Origin: Eubacteriales bacterium
GTDB lineage: Bacteria > Bacillota > Clostridia > Oscillospirales > CAG-272
Length of the DNA: 64,000 nt
Reading direction: 5' to 3'
NCBI GenBank assembly: GCA_045612105.1
Contig: JAZKYL010000153.1
Location: 14,832-78,831 of the forward strand
This document shows positions 30,735-41,700 of the stretch, in pieces (positions within the stretch are counted from its first letter, which is position 1; every line of letters begins with the position of its first letter). Under the pieces are notes generated by a model. That model searched no databases and was not told where the DNA came from. It saw nothing but the letters and a program-made list of their open reading frames with translations. A program made the translations under genes and the position numbers.

Positions 30735-31754
30735 ATGATTGAAATTAACGGCGATCTTTGCCACAAGAAAATAACTAAAAATCTGACACCGTCCCTTGCC
30801 TTTGACAAGAACAAAGATTTTGGTGAACAAAGAGCTGAAATTGATAAAAAGCTCCGCGAGCTGCTGGGTCTCGATCTGATCGAGGCAAACGCTTGCGAGC
30901 CGAATCTCACTATTGAGGAAGACGTTATGATGGATGGCTACCGCCGCATCCGTTTCGTATTCTTCAGCGAGCCCGATACCCCCGTTCCCTGCTATCTGCT
31001 CATACCCGATACGGGAAAGGAAAAATACCCCGTAGCCATTACGCTGCAAGGACATTCCACCGGCTTCCACAACTCTATCGGCGTGCCGAAATACGATCAG
31101 GACAAGAACTATCTGCCGAGAGGCGCGTTCGGTCTCCAGGCGGTTGAAAACGGCTTCATTGCCCTTTGTATCGAGCAGAGAGCAATGGGTGAGCGTCGCC
31201 CTCCCGATCCTGCTGACAGAGCTCACAATTGCTGTTTTCAGGCGCATAACGCCTTGATGCTGGGCAGAACTACCATTGGCGAGCGCGTTCACGACATAAG
31301 CCGCGCTATCGACCTGCTCTCAAATTTTGAGCAATGCGATCTTGACAGGATCCTTATTACGGGCAACTCGGGCGGCGGTACGGCTTCTTATTATGCCGCT
31401 TGCATTGACGAGAGAATTAAGATAAGCGTGCCCAGCTGTGCCTTCTGCCCCTACGACGACTCGATCATGGCTATGCTTCACTGCGGATGCAATTATATCC
31501 CCTCTGCGCGCCGCTATTTCGAGATGCAGGATCTGGCTTGCCTTATCGCTCCCCGCAAGCTTGCAATCGTTGCCGGAAATCTTGACCCCATCTTCCCCAT
31601 TGACGGTGTCAAGCGCGGATACGAGACGGTAAAGGAGATCTATGCCGCAGCAGGCGTACCCGAAAACGCAAGCCTCACCGTTACTCCCAAGGAGCATTGG
31701 TGGTGCGTGGATATCGTCTGGCCCCTGATCAAGGAAATTTCGGGTTGGGTATAA
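30735..31754 (+). CDS. alpha/beta hydrolase (probable carbohydrate esterase)
   Basis: Nucleophile elbow ITGNSGGG. It follows the first esterase gene by 15 nt. Confidence 0.7.
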   Translation: MIEINGDLCHKKITKNLTPSLAFDKNKDFGEQRAEIDKKLRELLGLDLIEANACEPNLTIEEDVMMDGYRRIRFVFFSEPDTPVPCYLLIPDTGKEKYPVAITLQGHSTGFHNSIGVPKYDQDKNYLPRGAFGLQAVENGFIALCIEQRAMGERRPPDPADRAHNCCFQAHNALMLGRTTIGERVHDISRAIDLLSNFEQCDLDRILITGNSGGGTASYYAACIDERIKISVPSCAFCPYDDSIMAMLHCGCNYIPSARRYFEMQDLACLIAPRKLAIVAGNLDPIFPIDGVKRGYETVKEIYAAAGVPENASLTVTPKEHWWCVDIVWPLIKEISGWV

Positions 31755-31780
31755 GACGTTTTAACAACAATACAACGCAA

Positions 31781-31814
31781 CAAGCCTCCGGATTTTTCGG
31801 GAGGCTTGTTTTAT
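31781..31814 (+). terminator. terminator after the esterase operon
   Basis: CAAGCCTCC / GGAGGCTTG stem followed by TTTT. Confidence 0.75.
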
Positions 31815-32018
31815 AAAAATCAGAATATTGTTTTTCTATCATCATTAGTCGAAGCTTATCCGCAATCGCAAGAGGGATAATATTCTTGAAATCGCAAGCA
31901 AAATATTAACAATCTGAAAAATAACGGTAAAATTCTGTATTTGTTATAGCATTTTATAAAAATGTATGCTATAATTATTACACTTTAAAGTATAAAAAAT
32001 CTATTTTTGAGGAAACCA

Positions 32019-32897
32019 ATGACTGATTTCTATAAAGAAAAAGAACTGCCGCAATTTCTTGAATACGGTATAGATTTTTTTCAGTTGCAACACAAGGAAC
32101 AGGGCGACGTCACCAGAGCTCACATCCATCCCGCAATCGAATTTATTTATATAACCAAAGGAAGATATGAGATCGGAGTCGACAACGATACATTTATTGC
32201 CGAGAAAGGCGACCTGCTCCTCTTTCGCTCCAACGTCATTCACACCATAAAGCATCTTGGTGATAACGGCGAATTTTACGTACTGAAGATCAATCCCACT
32301 CTGCTTTTTCGGATATTTACCGGCAAGGATAACAACGAATGCGTTATTCCCTTTATACATAAGAGCCCCGAGGACGTCTCCTTTTTTCCGTCAGCGGATA
32401 TTCCGAGCGAAACAAAAGCTATACTTGAAGATATGATAGGCGAATACAATCGCTCCGACAGATTCTTTTATGCCTCGGAGAGAGCGTTTTCCGCAAGGCT
32501 TCTTATTTCTCTATTTCGCACGGTTATACCTCCAAAAAGCTCTATTGATGACGGTGAAATAAGTGAGCGAAGCGTGGCTTTGATACACGAAAGCGTCGAA
32601 TACATAAATGAAAACTATGCTTCGGACATAACTCCCGACGAGTGCGCCGCGAGCATACATCTGAGCTACAGCTATTTTGCCAAACTATTTCGCGCCGTTA
32701 TGGGCAAGACCTTCAAGGAATACTTAACAGGTGTAAGACTTGCCAAGGCTCACAATATTCTCATCTCCACCTCTCTCCCCATCACCGACGTAGCGGCATC
32801 CTGCGGCTACGGAAATCTTTCCTATTTTATTTCTGAATACAGGAAGATATATGGAAAAACGCCGAGGGAAACGAGGAAAGAACTATCTGCTAAATGA
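32019..32897 (+). CDS. AraC family transcriptional regulator (cupin sensor plus HTH)
   Basis: The ATG at 32019 follows GAGGAAA. C-terminal AraC HTH (SYFAKLFRAVMGKTFKEYL ... CGYGNLSYFISEYRKIYGKTP). Confidence 0.88.
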   Translation: MTDFYKEKELPQFLEYGIDFFQLQHKEQGDVTRAHIHPAIEFIYITKGRYEIGVDNDTFIAEKGDLLLFRSNVIHTIKHLGDNGEFYVLKINPTLLFRIFTGKDNNECVIPFIHKSPEDVSFFPSADIPSETKAILEDMIGEYNRSDRFFYASERAFSARLLISLFRTVIPPKSSIDDGEISERSVALIHESVEYINENYASDITPDECAASIHLSYSYFAKLFRAVMGKTFKEYLTGVRLAKAHNILISTSLPITDVAASCGYGNLSYFISEYRKIYGKTPRETRKELSAK

Positions 32898-32908
32898 TCG
32901 AGGTAATT

Positions 32909-34228
32909 ATGGATAAAAAACTAACCGTCGGAATACTGACCCTCGGTTGCAAGGTCAATCAGTATGAAAGCGAAGCCATAGCCGAGGCTTTGACCGACAA
33001 AGGATTTGAAATTCTTCCGCACAACGAGAAGTGCGGCGCGTATATAATCAACACCTGCACCGTCACCGCAGAGTCAGATAGAAAGGCGAGGCAGATGATA
33101 AGACGTATGATAACAAAAAATCCCGAGGCTTACGTACTTGTTACGGGGTGTTATTCTCAGGTCTCCCCCGAGGAGGTCGCTGCTATCGTAGGTGTGGACT
33201 ATATCTGCGGAAGCTCCAACAAAATGACCGTGGTTGAAGAACTTTGCAGGCTTGTCGAGATCGGCAAAAAGAATGAAAAATGCAAAATTTCGGTTCCCGC
33301 GCTTGACACATCCGGCTTTGAGCCGATGTCTATACGCAGATTTGACCGCACGCGCGCTTACGTAAAAATTGAGGACGGATGTGAGTCGAAATGCGCCTAT
33401 TGCACTATCCCTGCGTCGCGCGGACCTATCCGTTCAAAACCATTTGGCGAAGTTATTGATGAAGTTAAGACTCTTACCGAAAACGGTGTGCGCGAGGTAG
33501 TTCTCACGGGCATTGAGACCGGATCTTACGGCATAGATCTGCCCGAAGATGAAAGCTTCGCTTCACTGCTTGCCGCCATCGATAAGATCGACGGCATCGG
33601 CAGAGTTCGCACGGGCTCACTTGACCCAACGGTAGTAAAACCGCAATTTGTTGACACAATAAAAGACCTGAAATCGCTTTGTCCGCATTTTCACTTGTCG
33701 CTTCAAAGCGGATGTAGCAAGATCCTCGCGCTTATGAAGAGAAAATACAATGCCGAGCAAGCTCTTGCCGCTATGGAAAGGCTGAGAGCGGCGATGCCCG
33801 AGGTAAAGTTCACCACCGACGTGATCGTAGGATTCCCGGGCGAGACCAACGAGGATTTTCTTGAAACCTGCGAATTTGTGAGACGTGCGGGATTTTTGAT
33901 GATACACGTTTTCCCTTATTCGAAAAGACGCGGCACGGTTGCGGCGGTAATGAAAGATCAAGTTCCCGAAAACGTCAAAAATGAGCGCGTCGCTATTCTC
34001 TCGCAGATCAGCCGCGAGATCAGGTCAAAAATTCTTGACGAAAAGGTGGAGAGTGGCAGAGAGATCGAGGTCTTATTCGAGACCTGTCGCGACGGATTCG
34101 CTAACGGTCACACCTCGGATTTCATCGAAGTCAAAGTTGCCACCGACAAAAAGCTTCACGGTCTTTTCCGTAAAGTGAAGCTGATAAGTCACGATGGCGA
34201 CGTTTGTCTCGGAGTTTTCGTTGAATAA
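32909..34228 (+). CDS. mtaB: tRNA N6-threonylcarbamoyladenosine methylthiotransferase
   Basis: Start MDKKLTVG after GAGGT. LGCKVNQYESE, radical SAM CESKCAYC. Shorter than MiaB with a TRAM-like end. Confidence 0.85.
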   Translation: MDKKLTVGILTLGCKVNQYESEAIAEALTDKGFEILPHNEKCGAYIINTCTVTAESDRKARQMIRRMITKNPEAYVLVTGCYSQVSPEEVAAIVGVDYICGSSNKMTVVEELCRLVEIGKKNEKCKISVPALDTSGFEPMSIRRFDRTRAYVKIEDGCESKCAYCTIPASRGPIRSKPFGEVIDEVKTLTENGVREVVLTGIETGSYGIDLPEDESFASLLAAIDKIDGIGRVRTGSLDPTVVKPQFVDTIKDLKSLCPHFHLSLQSGCSKILALMKRKYNAEQALAAMERLRAAMPEVKFTTDVIVGFPGETNEDFLETCEFVRRAGFLMIHVFPYSKRRGTVAAVMKDQVPENVKNERVAILSQISREIRSKILDEKVESGREIEVLFETCRDGFANGHTSDFIEVKVATDKKLHGLFRKVKLISHDGDVCLGVFVE

Positions 34229-34334
34229 AAACATTGAATTTGTGAGAAAAACCTATAAAAAGTCTTGATTTTATTGGCTTTTTCGTATTTATTTAAAAAA
34301 AGCAAAAAAATTTGAAATATTTTTCAAAAAACTA

Positions 34335-34363
34335 TTGCAATTTAGAAAAAAATGTGTTATAAT
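34335..34363 (+). promoter_or_regulatory. promoter of rpmB
   Basis: TTGCAA (34335-34340), 17 nt spacer, TATAAT (34358-34363) with an upstream TG. Confidence 0.55.
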
Positions 34364-34431
34364 ATCGAAGTTGCATAATGTTTAAAATTTTGTTTACTAA
34401 TAGATGCAAGTTTCGCAAGGAGGAATTTATC

Positions 34432-34617
34432 ATGGCAAAGTGCAGTGTTTGTGGAAAAGGCGTTGTTTTCGGTCAGAACGTTTCTCACTCTAACCGTAAG
34501 ACCAACAGAACCTGGAAGCCCAATATCCGTAAGGTAAAGGCAATCGTTGACGGTACTCCCAAGACCGTTGCTGTTTGCTCCCGTTGCCTTCGTTCCGGCA
34601 AGGTTAACCGCGCTTAA
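34432..34617 (+). CDS. rpmB: 50S ribosomal protein L28
   Basis: The ATG at 34432 follows AAGGAGG. Sequence is MAKCSVCGKGVVFGQNVSHSNRKTNRTWKPNI. Confidence 0.95.
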   Translation: MAKCSVCGKGVVFGQNVSHSNRKTNRTWKPNIRKVKAIVDGTPKTVAVCSRCLRSGKVNRA

Positions 34618-34648
34618 TTTCGGTTAATTAGGTTCATAATCACAGATA

Positions 34649-34678
34649 GGGTGCGCGTGCGCACCCTTTTGCGTTTTT
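34649..34678 (+). terminator. terminator after rpmB
   Basis: GGGTGCGC / GCGCACCC stem followed by TTTTGCGTTTTT. Confidence 0.8.
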
Positions 34679-34687
34679 GGAGAAAAT

Positions 34688-35395
34688 ATGTTTGTTATTA
34701 CCGATCACAAAATATGTGCCGAGTCGATCGCGGTGCTTGAAAATAATGGCTTTGAGCCTATTCTTCTCCCTCCTGCCGAGTATTTATCGGAAGCCGTGGC
34801 AAGCCACACCGATATGCTGATATTTATGGGATTTGGCAGGCTTTTTTGTCATAGAGATTACTATGAGAGCAATTCGGCGCTTACCGATCGTATCGTCTCG
34901 CTTTCAGGTCTTGAATTGACCTTATCCGACGAGCCAACAGGCGAAAAATACCCCCTTGATGTGCTTTTCAACGCGTGTATTGTGGGCAAAAGGCTTATTT
35001 GTAACGAAAAGACTGTGTCAAAGCTGATACTTGATGCGGCGCAAGGCTCGGGGTGCGAGATAATAGGAGTTTCGCAGGGATACACCAAGTGCTCTGTCAC
35101 AGTTGTGTCGGATAATGCGATAATCACAGCTGACAAAACGATAGCGGCGGCTTGCCGCGCGGTCGGGATCGATGTTCTGACGGTTTCCGAGGGGCATATT
35201 TCCCTGCCGCCATATAATTTCGGCTTTATCGGTGGAGCAAGCGGCTACCACGGTGACAAGGTCTATTTTTGCGGATCGCTGGACTCCCATCCCGACGGTA
35301 AGAGGATCAGGGAGTTTTGCAAAAAGCATAAAAAAACCGCAATTTCGCTGACAGACGGCGAATTGCAGGACGTGGGGAGCTTATTTTTTATTTAA
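34688..35395 (+). CDS. conserved hypothetical protein (235 aa)
   Basis: Long ORF with typical codon usage and no motif I can name with confidence. Confidence 0.6.
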   Translation: MFVITDHKICAESIAVLENNGFEPILLPPAEYLSEAVASHTDMLIFMGFGRLFCHRDYYESNSALTDRIVSLSGLELTLSDEPTGEKYPLDVLFNACIVGKRLICNEKTVSKLILDAAQGSGCEIIGVSQGYTKCSVTVVSDNAIITADKTIAAACRAVGIDVLTVSEGHISLPPYNFGFIGGASGYHGDKVYFCGSLDSHPDGKRIREFCKKHKKTAISLTDGELQDVGSLFFI

Positions 35396-35495
35396 AACGA
35401 CGAGAGCTACGAGCAATACCTTCGCTATCATTTCTATATCTGCGAAAAGCCCGAATTTCTCGGCATGAGCAATCATTTGCTTTTTGTGGGAAGGT

Positions 35496-35535
35496 AAAAA
35501 ATGGGAGACCTTTGAAAAGGTCTCCCTCGTTTTTA
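35496..35535. terminator. bidirectional terminator between convergent genes
   Basis: GGGAGACCTT / AAGGTCTCCC stem flanked by an A run upstream and a T run downstream. Confidence 0.75.
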
Positions 35536-36075
35536 TCAATAGTTTTCTTCGTGGATCTCGAAATAGCTCTGAGGATGCGCGCAAGTAGGACAGATCTGAG
35601 GAGCCTTCATACCAACCACGATATGACCGCAGTTACGGCACTCCCAAACCTTTACCTCGCTCTTTTCAAATACCTGAGCGGTCTCAACGTTCTTGAGAAG
35701 AGCTCTGTATCTTTCCTCGTGGTGCTTTTCGATTGCAGCAACCATACGGAACTTTGCAGCAAGCGCGGTGAAGCCCTCTTCCTCGGCGGTCTTTGCGAAA
35801 CCGTCGTACATATCGGTCCACTCGTAATTTTCGCCATCTGCTGCATTGGCAAGGTTCCAAGCGGTGTCGCCGATTCCCTCAAGCTCCTTGAGCCAGAGCT
35901 TTGCGTGCTCCTTCTCGTTATCTGCGGTCTTCAGGAAGAGAGCCGCGATCTGCTCGTAACCCTCCTTCTTTGCCTTGGATGCAAAATAGGTATACTTGTT
36001 TCTTGCCTGAGACTCACCCGCGAATGCCGCGAGAAGATTAGCCTCTGTTTTTGTGCCTGCGTACTTGTTTGCCAT
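35536..36075 (-). CDS. rbr: rubrerythrin
   Basis: Start [15 protein letters not shown] behind GGAGG. Ferritin-like di-iron EExxH motifs and a C-terminal rubredoxin CRNCGH...CPTCAHP. Confidence 0.92.
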   Translation of the reverse strand: MANKYAGTKTEANLLAAFAGESQARNKYTYFASKAKKEGYEQIAALFLKTADNEKEHAKLWLKELEGIGDTAWNLANAADGENYEWTDMYDGFAKTAEEEGFTALAAKFRMVAAIEKHHEERYRALLKNVETAQVFEKSEVKVWECRNCGHIVVGMKAPQICPTCAHPQSYFEIHEENY

Positions 36076-36173
36076 TTTTATAACCTCCGAAAAATTTATA
36101 TCATAGGATATTATTCCCACAGATATATAATATCATACATTTTTCTTGTTGTCTATATTTTTTTAAATTTTCA

Positions 36174-37010
36174 TCAATTCTTTATCGAGTAGACCGTACA
36201 AGTCTCCCAAATATCACCTTTTTTTACCGAGCCGCCGTGGTTCAGGTAAAAATACATCTTGTTGTACGGCACGCCTCCGTTATCGGAAATAAGAAAGGTA
36301 TTGTTGCCGTCATTCAGATATTTTTCTACCTTCATTGAGAATGTAAATCCCGATTCTCCGCAAAGACAAAGAGTATCAAAGCTACCTGTTTCTGAAATGC
36401 TCACTTTAGTGCAGATCGGCTTTGGCTCGGGATCGGTGTCAGTATAGTAGCTGTCGGTAATTTCCTTGAAAGGAGGCAGCATTGCCATATAGGAGTTACC
36501 CAACGGGTAATCGTTAAGCCATTCTACCTTTTGCTCTACCTTGATACCGTCAGTACTGACAATTATTCTTTTGTGATGAAGCAAAGCTTCCGTAACAGAA
36601 TCGATGGGGTCATATCCTATTGAACTTATCTCAAATACCAACTCATCGAACGACGTCATATCAGACAAGGAGCTGATTTCCCTTTGTTTTCCGTCAATAT
36701 ACAGCTCAGCTTTTCTGAACACCTCATCACCGTGGGCATAGCCACCGATAAAATCAGGTCTTTCGCTGATTTTTAATGCCATTTCCCACTCGGCACCGCT
36801 TCTTGTCAGCGGCTTAACGGCAGAAAGCAAATCATCATAATGATAGACCACGCTGAGCCGCCAGGTATCGCAATTACTTCTCTGCATTACCGAGTGAACG
36901 ATATTGTAATTGATATATCCGTCTTCTACGGGCAAAAAGAGCTTCAACGCTTCTTTAGCCGAGTCGTCTGTCTGCCCGCTGACGTATTTGCATAATGCTT
37001 CCTTCTTCAT
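36174..37010 (-). CDS. hypothetical protein (278 aa)
   Basis: Long ORF with no recognisable motif. Confidence 0.55.
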   Translation of the reverse strand: MKKEALCKYVSGQTDDSAKEALKLFLPVEDGYINYNIVHSVMQRSNCDTWRLSVVYHYDDLLSAVKPLTRSGAEWEMALKISERPDFIGGYAHGDEVFRKAELYIDGKQREISSLSDMTSFDELVFEISSIGYDPIDSVTEALLHHKRIIVSTDGIKVEQKVEWLNDYPLGNSYMAMLPPFKEITDSYYTDTDPEPKPICTKVSISETGSFDTLCLCGESGFTFSMKVEKYLNDGNNTFLISDNGGVPYNKMYFYLNHGGSVKKGDIWETCTVYSIKN

Positions 37011-37074
37011 TTTTTACCTCAAAATCAAGTTATACGCCTATTATAACACAAATGATCGATTTTGTCAACAGAAA

Positions 37075-37108
37075 AACCGCCGACGTTTCCGTCGACGGTT
37101 TTATTTTT
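37075..37108 (-). terminator. terminator after rpsR
   Basis: CCGCCGACG / CGTCGACGG hairpin with flanking T/A runs. Confidence 0.7.
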
Positions 37109-37113
37109 ACTAA

Positions 37114-37362
37114 TTAGTCAGTAATGTAGGGCAGAATAGCAACCTGACGTGCACGCTTAATAGCGGTGTTCAGTTCTCTCTGGTGTACTGCGCAGGTACC
37201 GGAAATTCTTCTGGGAAGAATTTTGCCGCGCTCGCTGATGAACTTGCGGAGCTTGCCTGCATCCTTGTAATCGATGTAAGCTACCTTATCAGCGCAGAAG
37301 ATACATACCTTTTTTCTCTTTGCACGCATAGCAGGGCGTGCAGGACGAGTATTCTCAGTCAT
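37114..37362 (-). CDS. rpsR: 30S ribosomal protein S18
   Basis: [15 protein letters not shown]...[26 protein letters not shown]. Confidence 0.95.
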   Translation of the reverse strand: MTENTRPARPAMRAKRKKVCIFCADKVAYIDYKDAGKLRKFISERGKILPRRISGTCAVHQRELNTAIKRARQVAILPYITD

Positions 37363-37403
37363 CTTATGAAATCCTCCAATTCAAAAATTTAGTTGACGGC
37401 GAT

Positions 37404-37868
37404 TCAGAAAGGAAGATCGTCGTCGGTCTTGATCTCCTCAAACTTGGGAGCAGCTCCCGCAGGTGTGGAGAACGAGGGGGCGGAACCACCGAAAACGTCG
37501 GAATCATCTCCTGAGAAGGAGTTACCCGACTCAGCGCGGCTATCAACGAACATAACCTCATCAGCAACAATGTCGGTTCTGTAACGGGTAGCGCCCTGCT
37601 GATCTGTCCACTTGTTGTTCTGGATAGTTCCTACAACGCAGATGGACGAACCCTTCTTGAAGTAACGGGAAACGAACTCAGCGGTCTGTCTCCAAGCGGT
37701 TACGTTAAAGAAGTCTGTTTCACTCTGCTGTGCGGAGTTCTTTGTATATCTGCGATTGACTGCGATGCTAAAAGATACGACAGCGATGCCACTCTGTGTA
37801 GTCTTCAGCTCGGGGTCTGCAGTAAGTCTTCCGCCGAGAATGACCTTATTAAAGTTAAAGTTTGCCAT
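37404..37868 (-). CDS. ssb: single-stranded DNA-binding protein
   Basis: OB-fold N-terminus NKVILGGRLTADPELK, Gly/Ser-rich linker, acidic tip DDDLPF. Confidence 0.95.
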   Translation of the reverse strand: MANFNFNKVILGGRLTADPELKTTQSGIAVVSFSIAVNRRYTKNSAQQSETDFFNVTAWRQTAEFVSRYFKKGSSICVVGTIQNNKWTDQQGATRYRTDIVADEVMFVDSRAESGNSFSGDDSDVFGGSAPSFSTPAGAAPKFEEIKTDDDLPF

Positions 37869-37893
37869 AATAGTCCTTCCTTTTCAGTTTGGA

Positions 37894-38295
37894 TTATTCA
37901 GCGTCGGTAGCTTCGGTAGCTTCAACAGTCTCAACTGCTGCAACAGGCTCTTCAGCAACAACTTCTTCTACAACTTCTTCCTTAACAGTTGCAACGGGCT
38001 CATGCTCGAGCTTAACTGTCATGGAGCGCATGATGGACTCGTCGATGTTGAAAAGACGGTCGAGCTCTGCGAGGAAAGATGCAGGGGACTTGTGGGTTAC
38101 AATGGTGTAGTAGCCTTCGTTCATATCGTTGATAGGATATGCAAGACGACGCTTACCCCACTCAGCGACCTCAACGATCTCACCGTTGGAACCGATCAAA
38201 CCTGTGAACTTGTTTACAGTAGCCTTTGTAGCCTCCTCACCGTTAGAAAGATCGGTGATGAACAGAGTTTCATAAGAATTGATGATGTTTTCCAT
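37894..38295 (-). CDS. rpsF: 30S ribosomal protein S6 with acidic C-terminal extension
   Basis: YETLFI...WGKRRLAYPI, and rpsF-ssb-rpsR synteny. Confidence 0.93.
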   Translation of the reverse strand: MENIINSYETLFITDLSNGEEATKATVNKFTGLIGSNGEIVEVAEWGKRRLAYPINDMNEGYYTIVTHKSPASFLAELDRLFNIDESIMRSMTVKLEHEPVATVKEEVVEEVVAEEPVAAVETVEATEATDAE

Positions 38296-38397
38296 GTTTT
38301 ATTACCTCCCTATGGACTTTATATCGACCGCGCTGTGTCTTTTTGCGCGGTAGAGAGACGGTCGTGGGCATCAGGACCGTACCGAATAAAGATTATA
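38296..38397 (-). promoter_or_regulatory. structured 5' leader of rpsF (candidate S6:S18 autoregulatory leader) with -10 box
   Basis: The minus strand shows TATAAT (complement of 38392-38397) and two hairpins, ACGGTC...GACCGT and CCGCGC...GCGCGG, before the GGGAGG RBS. Confidence 0.35.
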
Positions 38398-38762
38398 CCA
38401 TAAACATTATTGTTTGTCAAGTAAAATCCAAAATCATCTGTAAACTTTTTGTGAATTTATCGGATAGCATCCTTTCTTAATATATTTTTTACAATTTTAA
38501 GCAAGAAAACATCAAATTTACAAAGATTTTTTTGATAACTGCACAAAAAAATCAAGGAAATCACAATGAATATGATGTATAATATTAACAAGAGAAATTT
38601 TTGAGATTTTTTGTGAATATCCAATCTTTTTTCGAAAGACGTATGCTTCGGCTGTAAATTCTCAGTAAACCAAATTCTTGCTACATCATTACAAATAAAT
38701 TCTTGCAATCAAATCACAAACCGTTTAGAATAAATTCATATAAAAACAATCGGAGGTTATTT

Positions 38763-41700
38763 ATGAAGATCAGATCCTTTCTATCAATTTTTTTAATTAT
38801 CTGTATGATTGTAGGTATTCTTGCTTCTTGCGGAGGACCCGACGAGCAGACCACGTCTGAAGAAACAGGTGCGCAGCAAAGCAGCACCGAAACAAGTGCT
38901 GCCTTGGAATCAGATACAAAACTCACTACAGAATCTGATGCAACTTCTGAAGCAGACACAGTGACAGATGAACATACAACCAACAGCAATATTCAAACTT
39001 CTGATGGTTTAACAAACACAGCCAATACTGAATCGGAAAACGTAATTGAAGACTCAACCGAGTCCGAAAAATCGACAGAATCCGAAAGTATTACTAAACC
39101 CGAAAGCGCAACGAAGCCTGAAAGCACTACGGACTCTGAAAGCGTGTGCGAATCCACTATCGAAACCGAGTCGGATACTGATGATGAACCCACCGTCACC
39201 ACTCCGGAACCCGAGGAAAAGCCCGAGGTTGAGCTTGAAGGTCCTTATGCTGACTCGATTATCTATGCTAATAAGATAAAGAACGGTGTTCAGTCGTATT
39301 ATCCCGACGGTGTTGCCCGAGATAGATATTATGTCGAAAACCGGGATATGTCTGCGGAATTCGCTCTGCGCTCGGGCTCGGGTCAAAAGCTTACTTATTT
39401 AAAGAATAAGAGTGGCGGTACCTATTTGCAGGACACAATGGACGTGTTCATACGCATGAATGACGGTAAGACCTACTATGCCTCCGAATCAAGCAACAAC
39501 GCAAGAGCCAACGTTTACAGAATAGGCTATTATTACTACGACGTTCGTATTCTTGAGCAATCTTTTTATAAGGATGCCGTTGTCTCTGCCGAGTACGACA
39601 TCGACGAAGCACTTTTCAAATATACTCACGACATTTCAAAGATCCAACTCAAAAACGGAGTTATCAGATACTCGGTCGGAGGCGGCGACCCTTATATTTC
39701 CTGCAAAAGCAACGACATATCCTTCTCAAGCAACGACTTCGACGCGCTTCAATTTACAATTAAATCAGAAAACTCGTCGAACGCACAGCTTTTCGTAGTT
39801 ACCGATAACAAACCAAATTATAACGACAAACAATCTATCCTCTTCAACATAACAAACGACGGTGAATTTCACACCTACACGATTATGCTCTCTGCTCTCC
39901 CCGATTATTCGGGCAATGTAATCGGATTAAGACTTGACCTGGGACAATCCACCGGCGAGAACATAGAGATCAAGGAAATGAAAGCCGTAAAGCTTGAATC
40001 GGATTCTCCCTACGTTTTGCTCGACAGAACCTGGCACACATATTCCGACAGACTCCACCAAGAGCTTCATTTCGTAGCACCCGACGGTCAGGACAACATC
40101 GCCGCTCTCGGCTTGATCACCGAGATTGCCGCAGATACCGTTGAAAAGATTGTTGTCAAGGACAAAAACGACCTACACACGTCTCTTGACGGTGTCGATT
40201 GGGATACCGTAGAATACGTAGGCTTCGATATCAAGGATGCGGGTATCTTCGGTTACATAATGCCCGCCGATAACGGCAGCGGCAAGATCAAGGTCACACT
40301 TGAGGGTGAAAACTACGTGATAGTTCAAGAAGCTTCTCCCGAGAACGGCGAGATCCGCTCTCCCGGCGAGGTCGGCGACACCTCCAACGACTTCTTTATG
40401 GGTCAAAGGATCTACACCGATGAGAGCCATGATTTCGCGGAGTTTATTTCCGAGGCAGAATTCGAACGCGATCCCCTTGCAAACGGTCAGAATAACGATT
40501 TTCTCGAATACGACGCCCTGCGCGGCGCGTACCACTATAAGATCGGCGGAACAAACTTCAATCCTCCCTTCTTCTCCTCCTGGAACCAGCACTACTCAAC
40601 CGAGATAAAGCTGACCACCAAAAAGGGTGACAGAAGAATATATATCCGCACCATTTCCTCCACCGGAGGGCTTGAAAACGCTGTTCTCTTAGACAACGAC
40701 GGCTTGATCATCCCCATTCCCCTTGAGGTCTCCAAGAACTTTGGCGAGCTTGAGGAGCCCGTAATGAACTACGGCGACGAGACCTATGGAGAGACCCTCT
40801 TCCCCCTCTGCCTGGCAAACGGCGAAAAATATGAGATCAAGGTGCTGAATCTCTATCAGAACTGGGGCAAATTCCCCATAAAGCAGCTCTCCTCCATCGC
40901 TTATTACGCTCCCTACTATCACCTTTCCGTAGGTGTTACCGAGACCACCTGTATCTCCCCCTGGTACGTCCGCGGAAGAACCCTCTGGACTCTTCCCGAC
41001 TTCCGCTCTCAGTCGGCTCCCTACTGGTTCGAGCTTGAGGGCGACAAATTCGACAACTCGCCCCAACATACCAACGCGGGTGTATTTGAGATAATTCAGT
41101 ACACCGATGCTGATGGAAACTACTCGGCAAGTGAAAACTACCGTAACGTTATCGATTCCTCGGGTCCCATCTATGCCAACGTAAAAATGGACTATATTTC
41201 CGACGACGGCAAGATGAAGATCAGCTACGAGCATCTCGAGCTCCCTCAGACCGACGAGCTTCGTCCCTTCTACGAGATCAATATCGAGGTTCTTGACGAC
41301 GTAAGCTTCAATAGCTTCAAGAATGATTTCGCTTTCTACTCATGGGAAACCACAAGAACTCACGTAGGCTACCTTGATGCTGACGGCAACCACATGGAAG
41401 CTGCTTACAGTGCCAACGACGACGTAACCGAATACGTTCTCGGCAAGGTTGGCGGATATTTTGGAAACTTCGGTATCAACTCTAAAGACGCTACTAACCT
41501 GGGCTTCGTTATTCACAGCTCCGAGATCTACTTCGAAGGTCAGAAATTTGACGGAAACTTCGTGGTTGTTGAGGAACGCGAAAACCGTTTCCATCTTTCT
41601 CTTGACGTTGGTGAAGCGACCTTCAAAAAGGGCGACACAATCACCTTAAACATCTTTATGGTTCCTTGGGGCTCGCACCTCTCCACCGACGCCCATAATC

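Noticed and set aside
29628-31292. 225-aa and 290-aa minus-strand ORFs
   Set aside because: Antisense to the two esterase genes, which have catalytic motifs, RBSs and a shared promoter and terminator on the plus strand.
35512-36192. 226-aa plus-strand ORF
   Set aside because: Antisense to rubrerythrin.
38457-38708. 83-aa minus-strand ORF in the AT-rich spacer before the giant lipoprotein gene
   Set aside because: It lies in a promoter-like AT-rich intergenic region with no RBS and a low-complexity hydrophobic or Lys-rich translation. It is probably spurious, though a small membrane peptide cannot be excluded.
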